A stretch of 64,000 bases of DNA from Octopus sinensis (GCF_006345805.1 NC_043005.1:80042001-80106000); one strand, 5' to 3'; positions 13,521 to 26,399 are shown, counted from the stretch's first letter. Numbers and translations: made by a program. The notes: generated by a model from the letters alone, not told the origin.

Positions 13521-14709
13521 GTAGGTGTATGTATCTGCGTTTGTATTTATATCTACATCCTTATTCATTATGTATACTGGCGATATAATATTACCTGTTT
13601 CACTATTCAAAGGCCATTTTCTTGTGCATTGTCTATAATCTCAAGCAATTCTTATGCCGACTTAGCCATCTAAAGTAGATGTTAAATCACAAAATTGCTA
13701 ATATTATTTGAATATTACTAAAATAAAGTGCAGGTCTAGTCGGCTTTTAATTATAATAAAAAAGACATCTTATTGTTTACTTCTTCTTTCACGTAAATAG
13801 CCATTTCATGTAGATTATGAATTTAAAATGTATCTTCTTGTCATTTTCTTTTTAAACTTCGCCAACTCGGCTGACTTTGAAATAGAATATCAATGAAAAG
13901 ACTAAAACAGAAGCTAAACCAGAGAGATATAATTTAGTGAATATTCATATTATATCTATAGCTGTTTCTTTAATATACAATGAATGACAAAGATAAGAGT
14001 TTAAGTAACACTACAAGAAACTTAAAAAATGAATACTTTCCTTTTTTTTATATATTCTTTGGATGATTTCTTTATATTTTTGTTTTTGACCTGTTCCTTG
14101 TTTTTGTCTATTTAGATAATAATGATAATAATAATAATAATAATGATAATAATAATAATAATAATAATAATGATGCTGATAAAATAGGAAAACATTAAAA
14201 GTAAAAATTCATATCAAGGTAATAATTGAATATTTAATTAAGTTTTAATTCTCTTATAAAGTAGCTTAGGTTAAAAAAAAAGACGTTAATATTAATTTAC
14301 TCTCTGAATTATCTTTTCGTAGTCATTGGCGACGGTTGTGAGATTGGAGAGTGGTGGCGGGGAGAGGATAACATTAAAAAAAAGACTACCAAAAATGTAA
14401 ACTGGTAGTAAATTAATAATATTCTGTGTTGCCAAAGCAAAACAAAAATAATAAGATAGAGGAATAGTGAATATATTCTTGTGTTAGTACACGAGCGAAT
14501 CTCAGTTTACCTGTTGGTGACATTAAGATTACTACGAGGGCTTGCTACTGTCGTTGTTGATACTAAGTCTCAGACACGCCATGGTTGAACAAACCAATGA
14601 CTAAAGTCGTTCCTGTTATGACCATGGCGTCGTTGTCCATTGGACATATAGCCTCGTTTATCACTGATTTATTTATCATTGATCCGGGATAACACGGTAA
14701 ACTAATAAT

Positions 14710-14925
14710 TATTTCTACTCTAGGCACAAGGCTTTGAATATTCCTGGGAAAGGGGACCAGTCGATTACATCGACCCCAGTACGCAACTGGTACTTATTTC
14801 ATCAACCTCGAAAGTATGAAAGGCAGAGACGCCCTCCGCAGAATTTGAACTCAGAAGGTAACGCAGGCGAAATACCGCTAAGAATTTCGCCCGGCGTGCT
14901 AACGATTTTGCCAGCTCACCGCCTT
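14710..14925 (-). mobile_element. SINE family A, short-tail type
   Basis: Reverse-complement head AAGGCGGTGAGCTGGCAAAATCGTTAGCACGCCGGGCG; tail GCCTTGTGCCTAGAG. Confidence 0.8.
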
Positions 14926-15007
14926 GCACTGTTGTGTTGTTAAACCAAAACTAAAATGATTTATATATATATATATATATATATATATCTGTGTGTGTGT
15001 GTCTGAT

Positions 15008-15278
15008 CGTTACCAGCGTTGCTTTACTGGCACTTGTGCCGGTGACAAGTGAAAAAACATTCGAGCGAGGTCGTTGCCAGTGCCGGTGGACTGACCCTCC
15101 TGTCGGTGGCACGTAAAAGCAGCAACTACACTCTCAGAGTGGTTGGCGTTAGGAAGGGCATCCAGCTGTAGAAACTCTACCAGATCAGATTGGAACCTGG
15201 TGCAGCTATCTGGTTCGCCAGTCCTCAGTCAAGTCGTCCAGCCCATGCTAGCAAGGAAAGCGGATATTAAATGATGAT

Positions 15279-15280
<2 letters not shown>
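15008..15280 (+). mobile_element. 3' portion of another SINE-like repeat with (TGA)n tail
   Basis: GAGTGGTTGGCGTTAGGAAGGGCATCCAGCTGTAGAAAC...GGATATTAAATGATGATTGAT; resembles Ceph-domain-type SINE segments (recognition, not alignment). Confidence 0.55.
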
Positions 15281-15350
<70 letters not shown>

Positions 15351-15429
15351 TATATATAGAGAGAGAGAGAGAGGGAGACCAACACTGGATATATTTTTGT
15401 GATGATATTCGAGCTAATCTTTCAGTTTT

Positions 15430-15895
15430 CTTGTTTGTAATATTCCTTTCTGTTATAGACACAAGGCTTGAAATTTGGGGAGAAGGGGCTAGTTGATTGC
15501 ACTAACCTCAGTGATCAATTGGTACTTATTTTATCAACCCGCGAATGAAGAAAAGGCAAGTCGACCTTAGCGGAATTTGAACTCAGATTGTGAAGACGGG
15601 CAAACTGTCTCTAAGCATCTTGCCCGGCGTGCAAACGATTCTGTCAGCTCTCTACCTTAACCTGTTAGTAATACTGGATTCAAATTTTGGCACAAGGCCA
15701 ACAATTTTGGGGAAGTGTTAAGTCGATCGCACCGACCTCAGTGTTCAACTGGTAGTTATTTTATCGATTCCGAAAGGATGACCGGCAAAATCGACCCCAA
15801 CCCCCTAGTGAAATTTGAACTTAGAACGTAAAATCAGACGAAACACAAAGCATTTTGCCATGTGAGAAAATGACTCTGCTAGCTCTCCGCCTTAA
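15430..15895 (-). mobile_element. Two old family A SINEs in head-to-tail chain
   Basis: Two degenerate copies (about 15430-15660 and 15680-15895) separated by about 20 nt. Confidence 0.7.
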
Positions 15896-16480
15896 CTTTT
15901 AGTCATATTCAGACTACTTTGTGGGGGCTTCTCGATGTTCTTGTTGCTGCTGTTGTTGTTGTTGTTAAATCTCAGTTCTGTCCTGCCTGAACAGAGCAAG
16001 ATTCTACTGGTTATTCGAGATGTACAACTTAGTTACATGGGAAAGAAATAACGAGGGAAAAAAATAGAGCTGGATAAGGTGTTCTTAAAAGTTCTAACAT
16101 CTGTTAAATTCCCAACTCTACTGTAATACATAGTACTACAGCTTCCCCTTTACTAATCCCGGATTTTCTGTTCCTATAGCGTTAAGGTTTCTGAATGACA
16201 TTTGATTCTCATTGTCAGGTTGCATGTGAGTCACTTTGAACTTCACAGTTCATTCACCTTATGTTACTTGATGTTTATGGCAGTAAGACTCTAAAGGCTT
16301 GTGAGGAAGAGTTCAATCTGAAGCATTAAACTGCAGGCGTTTGTTAGAACATGGGAAAATGTAACATAGCGCACTAAAACATGGGTGATATGATCTCTCG
16401 TCATGTTACATGCTTGCAGAAGATAAAGAGAAAGCTGGAGATTTTAGTTTGACGAAAACAGAATCAGTTAGGATTTAAAA

Positions 16481-16739
16481 ATAATAAATAAATGCGTCCT
16501 TTTAAAGCCTAACCATGCTCATGGGCCCGGTTTCCTGGTTTCATTGGCGTATGTGTTCCCCAGGTGGACGGGACGCCAGTCCATCGCAGCGTTACTCCTT
16601 TTTGCCAGTTGAGTGGACTGGAGCAACGTGAAATGAAGTGTTTTGCTCAAGAACACAACGCTCGCCCGGTCCAGGAATCGAAACCACAATCTTACGATCA
16701 TGATGTCGACACCCTAACCACTAAGCCACGCACCTCCAC
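16481..16739 (-). mobile_element. SINE with head D + tail Y
   Basis: Head GTGGCTTAGTGGTTAGGG...GTTTCGATTCC...GTTGTGTTCTTGAGCAAAACAC; tail GGAACACATACGCCAATGAAACC...GGACGCATTTATT. Confidence 0.8.
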
Positions 16740-17113
16740 CAGTTCGGATTTAATGTATGAAAAATATCTTTGACTGGTGATAGCCCTGCATTGCCAAAAC
16801 TAAGAAAAGAACGAGATTGTGTTGAGGTTGATTCTGATGTCCCAGTCGTCAATCAAAAGGAGAACCGAAGAAATTGTACGTTTGATACAGGGAAACAATA
16901 ATGAAGAAAAGAATGATGGGAATAAAAATCAAGATGGGGAACCACAAAGTGAAGAAACGTTTTCAATTTACAAGTATGTTCAATTGGTAAGCAACAGAAA
17001 TGCTAGGATTGAGAAATGTAAGTATATACCTGAGTTACAAATGAAGAGAATGTTGTGATACGAGAAACTCCTGTCAGTGAAAATGTAAAGATCTGAAGCA
17101 ACAAACTCTACAA

Positions 17114-17245
17114 CAGTGCTACTCAAAGTGTTGGTCCGCAGACCGGTGCCGGTCCGCGATCCTTCAGCTGCCGGTATGCGGCGAATTTCCAGAAAAGAAA
17201 GAAACATTATAAAATATTGCTAAAATGTTAATGTAATATTACATT
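17114..17245 (+). mobile_element. hAT-Charlie-like terminal fragment
   Basis: CAGTGCTACTCAAAGTGTTGGTCCGCAGACCGGTGCCGGTCCGCG resembles Charlie/MER5-type TIRs; partner end not found. Confidence 0.5.
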
Positions 17246-17247
17246 AT

Positions 17248-17464
17248 TTACTCTTTTACTCTTTTACTTGTGACCATGTGGCCATGCTGGAGTACCGCCT
17301 TTAGTCGATCAAATAGACCCCAGGACTTATTATTTGTAAGTCTAGTACTTATTCTATGGGTCTCTTTTGCTGAACCGCTAAGTTACGGGGACCTAAACAC
17401 ACCAGAATCGGTTGTCAAGCGATGTTAGGGGACAAACACAGACACACAATCACACACACGCACG

Positions 17465-17514
<50 letters not shown>

Positions 17515-17675
17515 TATATACTACGGGATTCTTTCAGTTTCCGTCTACCAAATCCACTTACAAGGCTTTGGTCGGCCCTAGGCTATAGTGGAAGACATTT
17601 GCCCAAGGTGCCACGCAGTGAGACTGAACCCAGAACTATGTGGCTGGTAAGCAAGTTTACCGAACAGCCACTCCT
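17248..17675 (-). mobile_element. SINE family B
   Basis: Full head, CORE-like segment, internal microsatellite and tail. Confidence 0.9.
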
Positions 17676-17765
17676 TATATTTATTTGATTTACAAAATAA
17701 ATATAAGATAAAAAAATTCTCAACTTTATGATAGCCATTTTATATATTGTTTCTGGTATTGTTTC

Positions 17766-20562
17766 TACAGCTCAGAGGAGACCAAGGACCAGTTCTACAA
17801 AGATCTCAACTGTGTCATAGAAAATATACCAACGACTGAAAATATCAACCTTCTAGGGGATTTTAACGCTCGCGTGGGATCTGACCATGATTCGTGGCCC
17901 ATTTGTGTCGGACACTTTGGTATTGGCAACATGAATGACAATGGTCAGAGACTACTCGAATTCTGCACATACCACAACCTGTGCATCACAAACACATTCT
18001 TTACCAACAAGCCATCCCACAAGGCATCCTGGAGACATCCAAGATCTCACCACTGGCATCAGCTGAATCTCATCATTACACGAAGATCCTTTCTGAATTC
18101 TACTCTACTGACCCGCAGTTACCACAGCGCGGATTGTGACACAGACCACTCACTAATTAGAAGTAGGGTGAGGATTCTGCCTAAAAAAGTCCATCGCTCC
18201 AAGAAAGCGGGCCGACCACGCATCGACACCACCAGAACCTCGGACCCTACACTGCGAAAATGTTTTGCTGCTTCTATCAAGGTTGCCCTCGGTAGCTGCC
18301 CAACCTCCTCTGCTGAAAGTAGGTGGGACTATATAAGGGAAGCCTTGTATACGACATCAATGGATACTTTCGACACGAGAGAAAGGCAAAACCCAGATTG
18401 GTTCAATGCTGGGCTCTCAGAGCTGGAGCCAGTTATCGAAGCAAAGCGTGCAGCTCTGATGCAATACAAGAGTGACTCTTCTACAAAGTTACTCGAAGAA
18501 CTCAGAAAGGCACGAAATAAAACCCAACTGACAGCCAGACGCTGTGAAAATAGGTATTGGCAGGAAATCTGTCAGAGTATCCAGTCAGCTGCTGACAGGG
18601 GCGACACCCGTGGGATGTATGCCGGTTTGAAGAAGGCTCTCGGTCCATCCGCAATCAAGTCAGCCCCTCTGAAATCAACTACTGGAGATCTCATCAGGGA
18701 TCAAGGCAAGCAAATGGATAGATGGGTGGAGCACTACCAGGATCTCTTCTCACGGGAGACTACAGTGGCTGAGGCTGCAGTCGAGAGTGTCAAGATCTTG
18801 CCAGTCATGTGCGAACTTGACAGTCCGCCATCTATAGCAGAGCTCGCCAAGGCTGTTGACTCCCTAGCAAGAAATAAGGCTCCGGGAAAAGACGGCATCC
18901 CCTCAGAGATCATCAAAGCCGGCAAAAACACCATCCTGCTTCGGCACCTTCATGAGATTCTGTGTCAGTGCTGGGAAGAGGATACAGTCCCTCAGGATAT
19001 GCGGGATGCTAACATCATCACGCTTTACAAAAACAAAGGTGACCGTGGTGATTGTTACAATTACCGTGGTATATCCCTTCTAAGCACTGTTGGAAAGACC
19101 TTTGCCCGCGTTACCCTGGCCAGGCTAAAACTACTTGCTTCTCGAATCTATCCGGAATCGCAGTGTGGCTTTAGAAGAAACAGATCAACTATCGATATGA
19201 TATTCTCCATACGCCAACTTCAGGAGAAGTCCAGAGAGCAGAAAATGCCATTACATATGGCCTTCATTGATCTAACAAAGGCTTTTGACTCGGTAAGCAG
19301 AACAGGCCTCTTCATCCTGCTCCAAAAAATCAGATGTCCACCAAAGCTGCTGAGGATCATCAAGAGTTTCCATGATGACATGCAAGGCACCATACAGCAC
19401 AACGGTTCAACATCAACCACCTTCCAAATAAAAAACGGGGTAAAACAATTGTTTGGCATCTACATTGTTTGGCATCTTCTTCTCGCTCTTACTTTCACAT
19501 GCCTTTCAGACATCAGATGACGGAGTGTTTCTGCATAGTAGAAGTGACAGGAAACTGTTCAATCTCTCGCGCCTGCGTGCCAAGACCAAAATCAGAAACG
19601 TCCTGATCAATGAGATGTTATTTGCTGATGATGCCGCTCTGGTAACACACACAGAAGAAGCTCTCCAAAGGCTCATTAACTGTTTTGAGCAAGCATGTAA
19701 CGACTTTGGCTTAGCTATCAGCCTTAAGAAGACCAACATCATGGGCCAGGCTACATCGGACATCCTAAACATACATATTGGAGACCACAGATTACAAGAG
19801 GTGGAGAAGTTTACCTATCTGGGCTCTACCGTCACCTACAACCTATCCCTTGACCCCGAGCTCAATATACGCATTGGCAAGGCAGCTGCTGCGATGGCCC
19901 AACTCTCCAAACGGGCTTGGGACAACAATAAGCTGACCAAGACCTCGAAAATGAAGATCTACCAGGCATGTGTACTCAGCACTCTACTGTATGGAAGTGA
20001 GACCTGAACGCTATACACACGCCAAGAGCATCGCCTAAACATCTTTCACCTGCGCTGCCTCCGAAAAATCCTCCGCATCAAATGGCAGAATCATATCCCC
20101 AACAAAGATGTCCTCAGGCAAGCAGGAATATCAAGCATGTTTGCACTCCTCACACAAAGACGTATGAGATGGCTTGGGCATGTTAGCCGTATGAAAGACG
20201 GCAGAATCCCCAAGGACATACTCTACGGAGAGCTTGCTAGGGGTACTAGGTCTGTGGATAGACCGATCTTACGTTACAAGGATGTTTGCAAAAGGGACAT
20301 GAAGGCCTGCAACATCAATATTAGCGGTTGGGAGGCAGTTGCCGGCAACCGTGGAGAATGGCGACGTACCGTAAAAGAGGGAATACAAAGGAGTGACAGA
20401 GAGAGAGAGGAGAAATGGAAAGAAAAGAAGAGACGTCAACAAGAGACTATGGCATTACAACCAGCCAGGAACAGTCTTCGCTACATTTGCGGTACCTGCC
20501 AGAGGGAGTGTGTGTCCAGGATAGGACTACACAGCCACAGCAGGAAATGTATCAGGACATGA
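17766..20562 (+). pseudogene. Disrupted RTE ORF (track ORFs 17874-19520, 19453-20007, 20137-20562 are one ancestral ORF)
   Basis: Net 5-nt loss at about 19449 inside KQ(GCV)LAxTLF; TGA at 20005-20007 where YGSETW needs TGG; frame otherwise open. Confidence 0.9.
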
Positions 20563-20634
20563 AATATAAAAGCCGGACTAGACTACTTTATGCGCAACTC
20601 CATTGTCTCCCGAGACAGAAAGGATGCCAACCAA
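17766..20634 (+). mobile_element. RTE-clade (BovB-like) LINE, 5'-truncated: APE C-terminal part + RT + C-terminal Cys/His motif
   Basis: SSEETKDQFY..LLGDFNARVG, SADCDTDHSL (APE); YRGISLL, PESQCGFR, AFIDLTKAFDSV, MLFADD, FTYLGS, LLYGSET, WLGHV; C-terminus CGTCQRECVSRIGLHSHSRKC; 3' hairpin TGTCTC-CC-GAGACA at 20604-20617. Confidence 0.95.
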
Positions 20635-21536
20635 TGAATTAATATTACTAAGAAATATTACCTGTCCCTGAAATATTGGGAAAAAAATAAACTGCCAGTA
20701 CGCCACATCAGATAGTTTGAAAAGCACTGCACTACAAGACATGTTACGGAGATTGATTGGAAACAGGAATACATGGTAACGTTGGAGAGAGATCCAGATT
20801 TGTCCTCCTGGTATATTCCCAAGCGCCAGACATTCAAGTTGAAGATCCGGTTGTCTCCTGAGCTGACCCAGTTGTAATCCTACCAGCTATTACTCAACAT
20901 TAACTTAGATTCTATATCGAAACATAAACACATTTTGAATTGGAATTATAGGTAACGTCAAGGTAAATAAATATAAGATTTTTTTCCTAACTTTTGCATT
21001 ATGTTGTACAGGTAACATTAGATATCGTTTTCTTTGCATTCTCTACAAATATAATTTTGTGATACAGTTGAAAACTACTTCGTCGTAAAGAAGTCCAGTA
21101 ATACCAAATTCGGTTTGTTGATTGTTTCAGTATTAATAATCCTTTCTTCTATAGGGGTCAGTCGATTTCATCGACACCAATACTCAACTGGTACTTATTT
21201 TATTGACCCCAAAAGGGTGAGAGGGAAAGTCAACCCTGGCGGAATGTCTCAGTATTAATAAAATTGTACATAACATATTTTCCACCCTAAAGTTCAATCC
21301 TTATCGCAGTGTAGTATCTTGCGTGCCTCAATGCCTCAATGACTAAGCCTTATGCCAGCGGAGTGCGAGCTCCTGGGAGGTCCTCATTTGCTGGACAGGT
21401 CAAAAGGAACATCTTCCCAGACGTAAAAATGGGTTTTCGTAGGGCAAATATTCCTGCCGAGAAAACAAAAAGCAAAGTTAAAGAAGTATCGAAGGCTTTT
21501 CCCCAGGGAAAAAAATGCCCAAGGTGTCACGCAGTG

Positions 21537-21567
<31 letters not shown>

Positions 21568-21625
21568 ATTAGTGGCGATCCCTGCTGTACACTTTCGCCA
21601 CAATTTTCTCTCACTCTTTTTTCTT

Positions 21626-21750
21626 GTCGGCCTGCTTGCTTAGCCAGTGGAGTGGCGTCATTTGAAGGCTAAAACAATGCAAAGCGCATTGTGACCAGCG
21701 ATGTGTAGCAACATCTCATAGCCTGGTTCGTCACCGTGATCACGGTGATA
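21626..21750 (+). mobile_element. About 120-bp retroposed tail module 'F' (second copy at 51171-51289)
   Basis: GGCCTGCT(T/C)GCTTAGCCAG...GAAGGCTAAAACAATGC...CAC(G)GTGATATATA shared by both copies; both end in (TA)n. Confidence 0.7.
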
Positions 21751-21767
21751 TATATATATACATACAC

Positions 21768-21978
21768 ACTCTTTAAGTCATTTGACTGTGGCCGTTCTGG
21801 AGCGCACCGCCTTAAGTAAAATATATCGACACTAGTACTTATAATTTGTAAGCCTATCGATTTCTTTTGCCAAACCACAAATGTTACAGGAACATAAACA
21901 CACCAACATCGGTTGGCAAGGAATGACGGGAGGACACAGAAATACAGACACAGAAATACATACATACATACATACACA

Positions 21979-22033
<55 letters not shown>

Positions 22034-22369
22034 CGATAGGCTTCTTTCGATTTCCGTCAAACAAATCCAATCACAAGGCTGTGGTCAGCTCGAGGCTATA
22101 GTAGAAGACACTTGCCCAAGGTGTCACGCAGTGAGTTTGAACCCGGAACCATGTGGTTGGGAAGCAAACTTCTTGTTTCTTTATTGCTCACAAGGAGCTA
22201 AACATAGAGGGGACAAACAAGGACAAAGGGATTAGGTCGATTACATCGACCCTAGTACACAACTGGTGTTTAATTTATCGACCCCGAAAGGATGAAAGGC
22301 AAAGTCGACCTCGGCAGAATTTGAACTCAGAACGTAACGGCAGACGAAAGACACACAACCACTCCTGCG

Positions 22370-22372
<3 letters not shown>
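21768..22372 (-). mobile_element. SINE family B interrupted by a nested family A copy (22170-22349)
   Basis: B head at 22351-22372 is separated from AAGAAGTTTGCTTCCCAACCACAT by a 5'-truncated A body in the same orientation. Confidence 0.9.
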
Positions 22373-22454
<82 letters not shown>

Positions 22455-22455
<1 letters not shown>

Positions 22456-22785
22456 CTTTTAATTGTTTCATGCAGTAGACTGCGGCCATGGGCACCACCT
22501 TAAAGGATTTTATTAATCGAAAGAATCCTGGTACTTAATGTATCGGTCTCTTTTTCCTGGACAGCAAAGTTACGTGGACGTAAATACACCAATAGCAGTT
22601 GACAAGTAGTAGTGGGCTGCGCGCGCGCACTCACAAATATGCGCTGGATTTTCTCCCTGTTCCCGCCTACCAAATCTACTCGCAAGTTTTGGTCGGTCCG
22701 TGGCTTTAAGAGATAGTTGCGTAAGGTGGCATGTATTGGAACAGAACACGGAACCATGTGGTTCGGAAGCAAACTTCGAAACCTG
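22455..22785 (-). mobile_element. Degenerate family B SINE
   Basis: Recognisable tail and GGAACCATGTGGTTCGGAAGC segment. Confidence 0.65.
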
Positions 22786-22800
22786 TGCACACACACACAA

Positions 22801-22845
<45 letters not shown>

Positions 22846-23104
22846 AGGACCTGGTTCAAGCATATATATTTTAGGATCTGATTCAAGTGAATCAGGTCCT
22901 GAAATTGTAAAGCACCGAGGTCGGGTCAGTAAAATTGCTTTCGAGTGAAAATGATTATTGAAGAATAAATATTTACAACCGGAATATAAGTCCGTGTTTA
23001 GTTTAGTAAGTACGAATTTGCTCTTGAAATATTGTTTTTAGGCGAAATTGATTTCGCTGACTCGACCTTTGTGCTTTATTACACACACACACACACAATA
23101 TATA

Positions 23105-24900
23105 TATAAGGAAAGCAAGATATTTAACTCCACACGGGTAGAAGTATAGGAAAAACAGAAGTTGAAAAGGCACTGAGAATAGTTAAAATATTATTTGATT
23201 AAAATGTTTAAAGCTTTAACCGGTTTCACAGTTTACACTGATTTTCAAAATGTTCAAATAGAATTTGTGGCTTATGTTGCTTCTGACAAGTGTTTGAAGG
23301 TTGCCCTGTTTATTATAGGGAATTCATGGCTCAAATTAGCATATGTTTTGAATAGGATCTGATTGGTTTAGAATAGTCACATGACTGATTTTAGAAATTT
23401 TTGTAGGTTCCCTGCTACGTCCGTTCGTGAACGTCAAGTGACAATGTTTGGCGCTTATTGTTTTATGTCAAGTGTTTGCAGAGAATGGACACATGATTAA
23501 GTATATAAACTTTTGTACGTTTCCCGCTACGTCCGTGCGTTAGTGTTACGTGAGAGCATGTTTTACCACTAAAAAGAGCGCCGACATGCTGAGCGAACAT
23601 GTTTAGTTATAATCAAAACAGACCAAATTTAATCTGTCGGGTTGGAGAGTGGAGAGGAGTCATTTGTATGTAATCCAATGGTTAAAATTTAGATTGTTAG
23701 CTGTATAGTTTCCACATGATAAGTGGCAGAATGAATTTTGCGTGTGAATAGTTATTTGTGTATGTACTCTGTTAAAGTTTGTTAAATCGTGGTTTGTACT
23801 TTTGCATGAAAGTATTTGCTTTGTTTATCCGTGCTTCATCTGTGGTATTCGCTGAACATAGAGTTTGAAGACCTGGAATTTGGGAGACTTATTTTTTGCA
23901 CATATTTCTAAGTGATGACCCAATGGGATCTGCCTTGTACTGAGTTCTCGTATTTGTTGTTGGTGACTGGTCAGTCTATTTTTTAGAGTGTGGCCTATGT
24001 AATCTTCATTACATCCTTGACATTTGACAGCGGATATTAAACTCCTTGAAGAACATGTAAAGTGATTTTTTACAGTAAAAGTCTGTCCTGATTTGAATTT
24101 TTATGATGTGCCTTCCATAAGATTGATGTAAGTCCCGCAATTGGGGCGGCCATATTTTGTGGCAGTTGGTAAAGGAATTTTGGAAGCAAATGTGAGGAAG
24201 TTTTTGAGATACTTTGATTGTCTTTTACTTTTGCTTATTTTGTGTATTTCGAATGCTTTTTTCATTCGTAGGTCTTGTTTTAGCAGAGGAATATTCTGGT
24301 GGATAATATTGTAAGCCTCTGTGTTCCTTGGGTTGTGTTTTGTAATAGATGGTAGATTATTGGATGTATCTGGAGCGTTTTTCGTTTTCCGTAGTTCTTC
24401 GATATTTATTGCCTTGGCAAGTTCTATTCTGTTGTCTATTAGAATTAATTAGACCTCTTTTATTAGTTCCTGGAGTCTTTTATTATGAGTTTCAGAGTTT
24501 GAGTCAATGTTGCAGATTCTTCTTGCTAGTTTGAAGGGGACATTATTCTCCGTTTGGGATGGCATGAGGGGAATAGTAAGTATTGTTTAGAATCTGTTTG
24601 TTGTGAATATCTGTTTCAATGATTGTATCTCTTTTGGTGATTAATATATCCAAAAATAGTAGTTGAGTTTTACAGTATTCCATGGTAAAGTTAATATTAT
24701 TTTTATGCTTTCGATCAAATTTTTGAAATTTATAAGTTACTCAAATCTAATCATAGGATTAGGAAGTCCTCTACCAGTTTTCTGGTAGATATTTGTGGAA
24801 GTTCAAGCCATATATTAATTTATATTGTTCATGTATCTGGACGTCCATGTATGCCATGACAAGATTGGCGTACGTCGGGGCAACTTTGGTCTGTAAAAAT
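23105..24900 (-). mobile_element. Decayed Penelope-like element (RT C-terminal half + GIY-YIG endonuclease + terminal repeat)
   Basis: Minus strand: TKVAPTYANLVMAYMD, NINFTME, LLFLDILI, LARRIC, GRPNCGTYINL, FTCSSRSLISAVKCQGCNEDYIGHT; terminal segment with GAAACCGGTTAAAG. Confidence 0.85.
23214..23252 (-). ncRNA. Degenerate minimal hammerhead motif in the PLE terminal repeat
   Basis: CATT-TTGAAAA-TCAGTGTAAACTGT-GAAAC-CG-GTT-AAAG: core drifted from CTGANGA, palindromic helix III AACCGGTT. Confidence 0.5.
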
Positions 24901-25442
24901 GTCTATTTAATGAGTGTTGCTGTTTATATCTTTCCTGTTGAGATTGAGGCATAGCTGACCATAATTCTTCCTGTCGGATGTAATGGGAATGCATCCATCG
25001 AAACATATGTGGACGATATGAAGATATAAATGTTTTAATAACATCCTGAGCATTTGTCTCCTTTTTCAATTTTCCTAGATATATAAATATATATGTGTGT
25101 GTCTGTGCTGTCTGTGTGTGTGTTCATAAAAAAAAGGAGTAAAAAAGTCAACAGGAAAAATCAACCACGCACGGACGTGTACATGCAAAATATTAATATG
25201 AGCGAGAATAGAACAGGTGTGAAACATTGTTTCTATCAAAACATACTATTATGATGTCATAATAAAATGCTAACCTAACACTTCGGTTACACTCTTTACA
25301 TTATTCAGATGTATATCACAGCAAACGAAAATCGAAAGACAATGTATGTCTAATACTTTGTTGGCATTTGGTGATACACAGAGCTATAAGGAATGTTAAA
25401 TATTAACTGTTATGCTATCTCTTTGCAAATGAAATTCATGTA

Positions 25443-25444
<2 letters not shown>

Positions 25445-25528
<84 letters not shown>

Positions 25529-25551
25529 TATATACATATGGGGAGAGAGAG

Positions 25552-25590
<39 letters not shown>

Positions 25591-26043
25591 CATACACACA
25601 TACTAAGTAGATAAGTAGATAGATAGTTACATAGGTAATATGGACAGACAAGCACATGCACACATACACAAACGAAGGCTGAAATACATGACCATACATA
25701 TACACACACATACACACACACACAAGGACACATATAGAGACGCATTCATACATAACCTACGTACGTACATAGTCACACAAATCCATACACATAGACACGC
25801 TGAAATATGCACACACAAGAAGAGAGAGGTACACACACAAATACATACACACATAAAAATAAAAACACATGACTATGCAGAATATATACATACATACATA
25901 CAAACGTACACACGCATACACATATATATACATACTCTCATACATGCACGCACACATACATACATACACGCACACATACATACATACATACATACATACA
26001 TACATACATACATACATACATACATACATACATACATACATAA
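25445..26043. repeat. (TA)n, (CA)-rich and (TACA)n microsatellite field
   Basis: Direct inspection. Confidence 0.95.
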
Positions 26044-26044
26044 A

Positions 26045-26371
26045 GGAGCACTCCGTGTGTTACGACGACGAGGGTCCTAGCTGATACGATCAACGGAACA
26101 GCCTGCTCGTGAAATTAACGTTCAAGTGGCTGAGCACTCCACAGACACGCGTACCCTTAACGCAGTTTCCAAGGAGATTCAGCGTGACACAGAATGTGAC
26201 AAGGCTGGTCCTTTTTGAAATACAGCTACTACTTATTTTTGTTAGCTGAGTGGACTGGAGTAACGTGAAATAAAGTGTCTTGCTCAAGGACACAACGCGT
26301 CACCGGGAATCGAATTCACATCCTTACGATCATAAGCCGAATGCTCTAACCACTAAGCCACGCGCCCTCAC
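26045..26371 (-). mobile_element. SINE with head D + tail X, inserted in a (TACA)n tract
   Basis: Head GCGCGTGGCTTAGTGGTTAGAGC; tail GTGGAGTGCTCAGCCACTTG...CCCTCGTCGTCGTAACACACGGAGTGC; TACA repeats on both sides. Confidence 0.85.
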
Positions 26372-26399
26372 AATACATACATACACGTCGAAGTGCATT

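Noticed and set aside
20710-20870. Short frame FEKHCTTRHVTEIDWKQEYM followed by GTAACG, vaguely F-box-protein-like
   Set aside because: There is no polypyrimidine acceptor, it is too short to assign, and no supporting neighbouring exons were seen.
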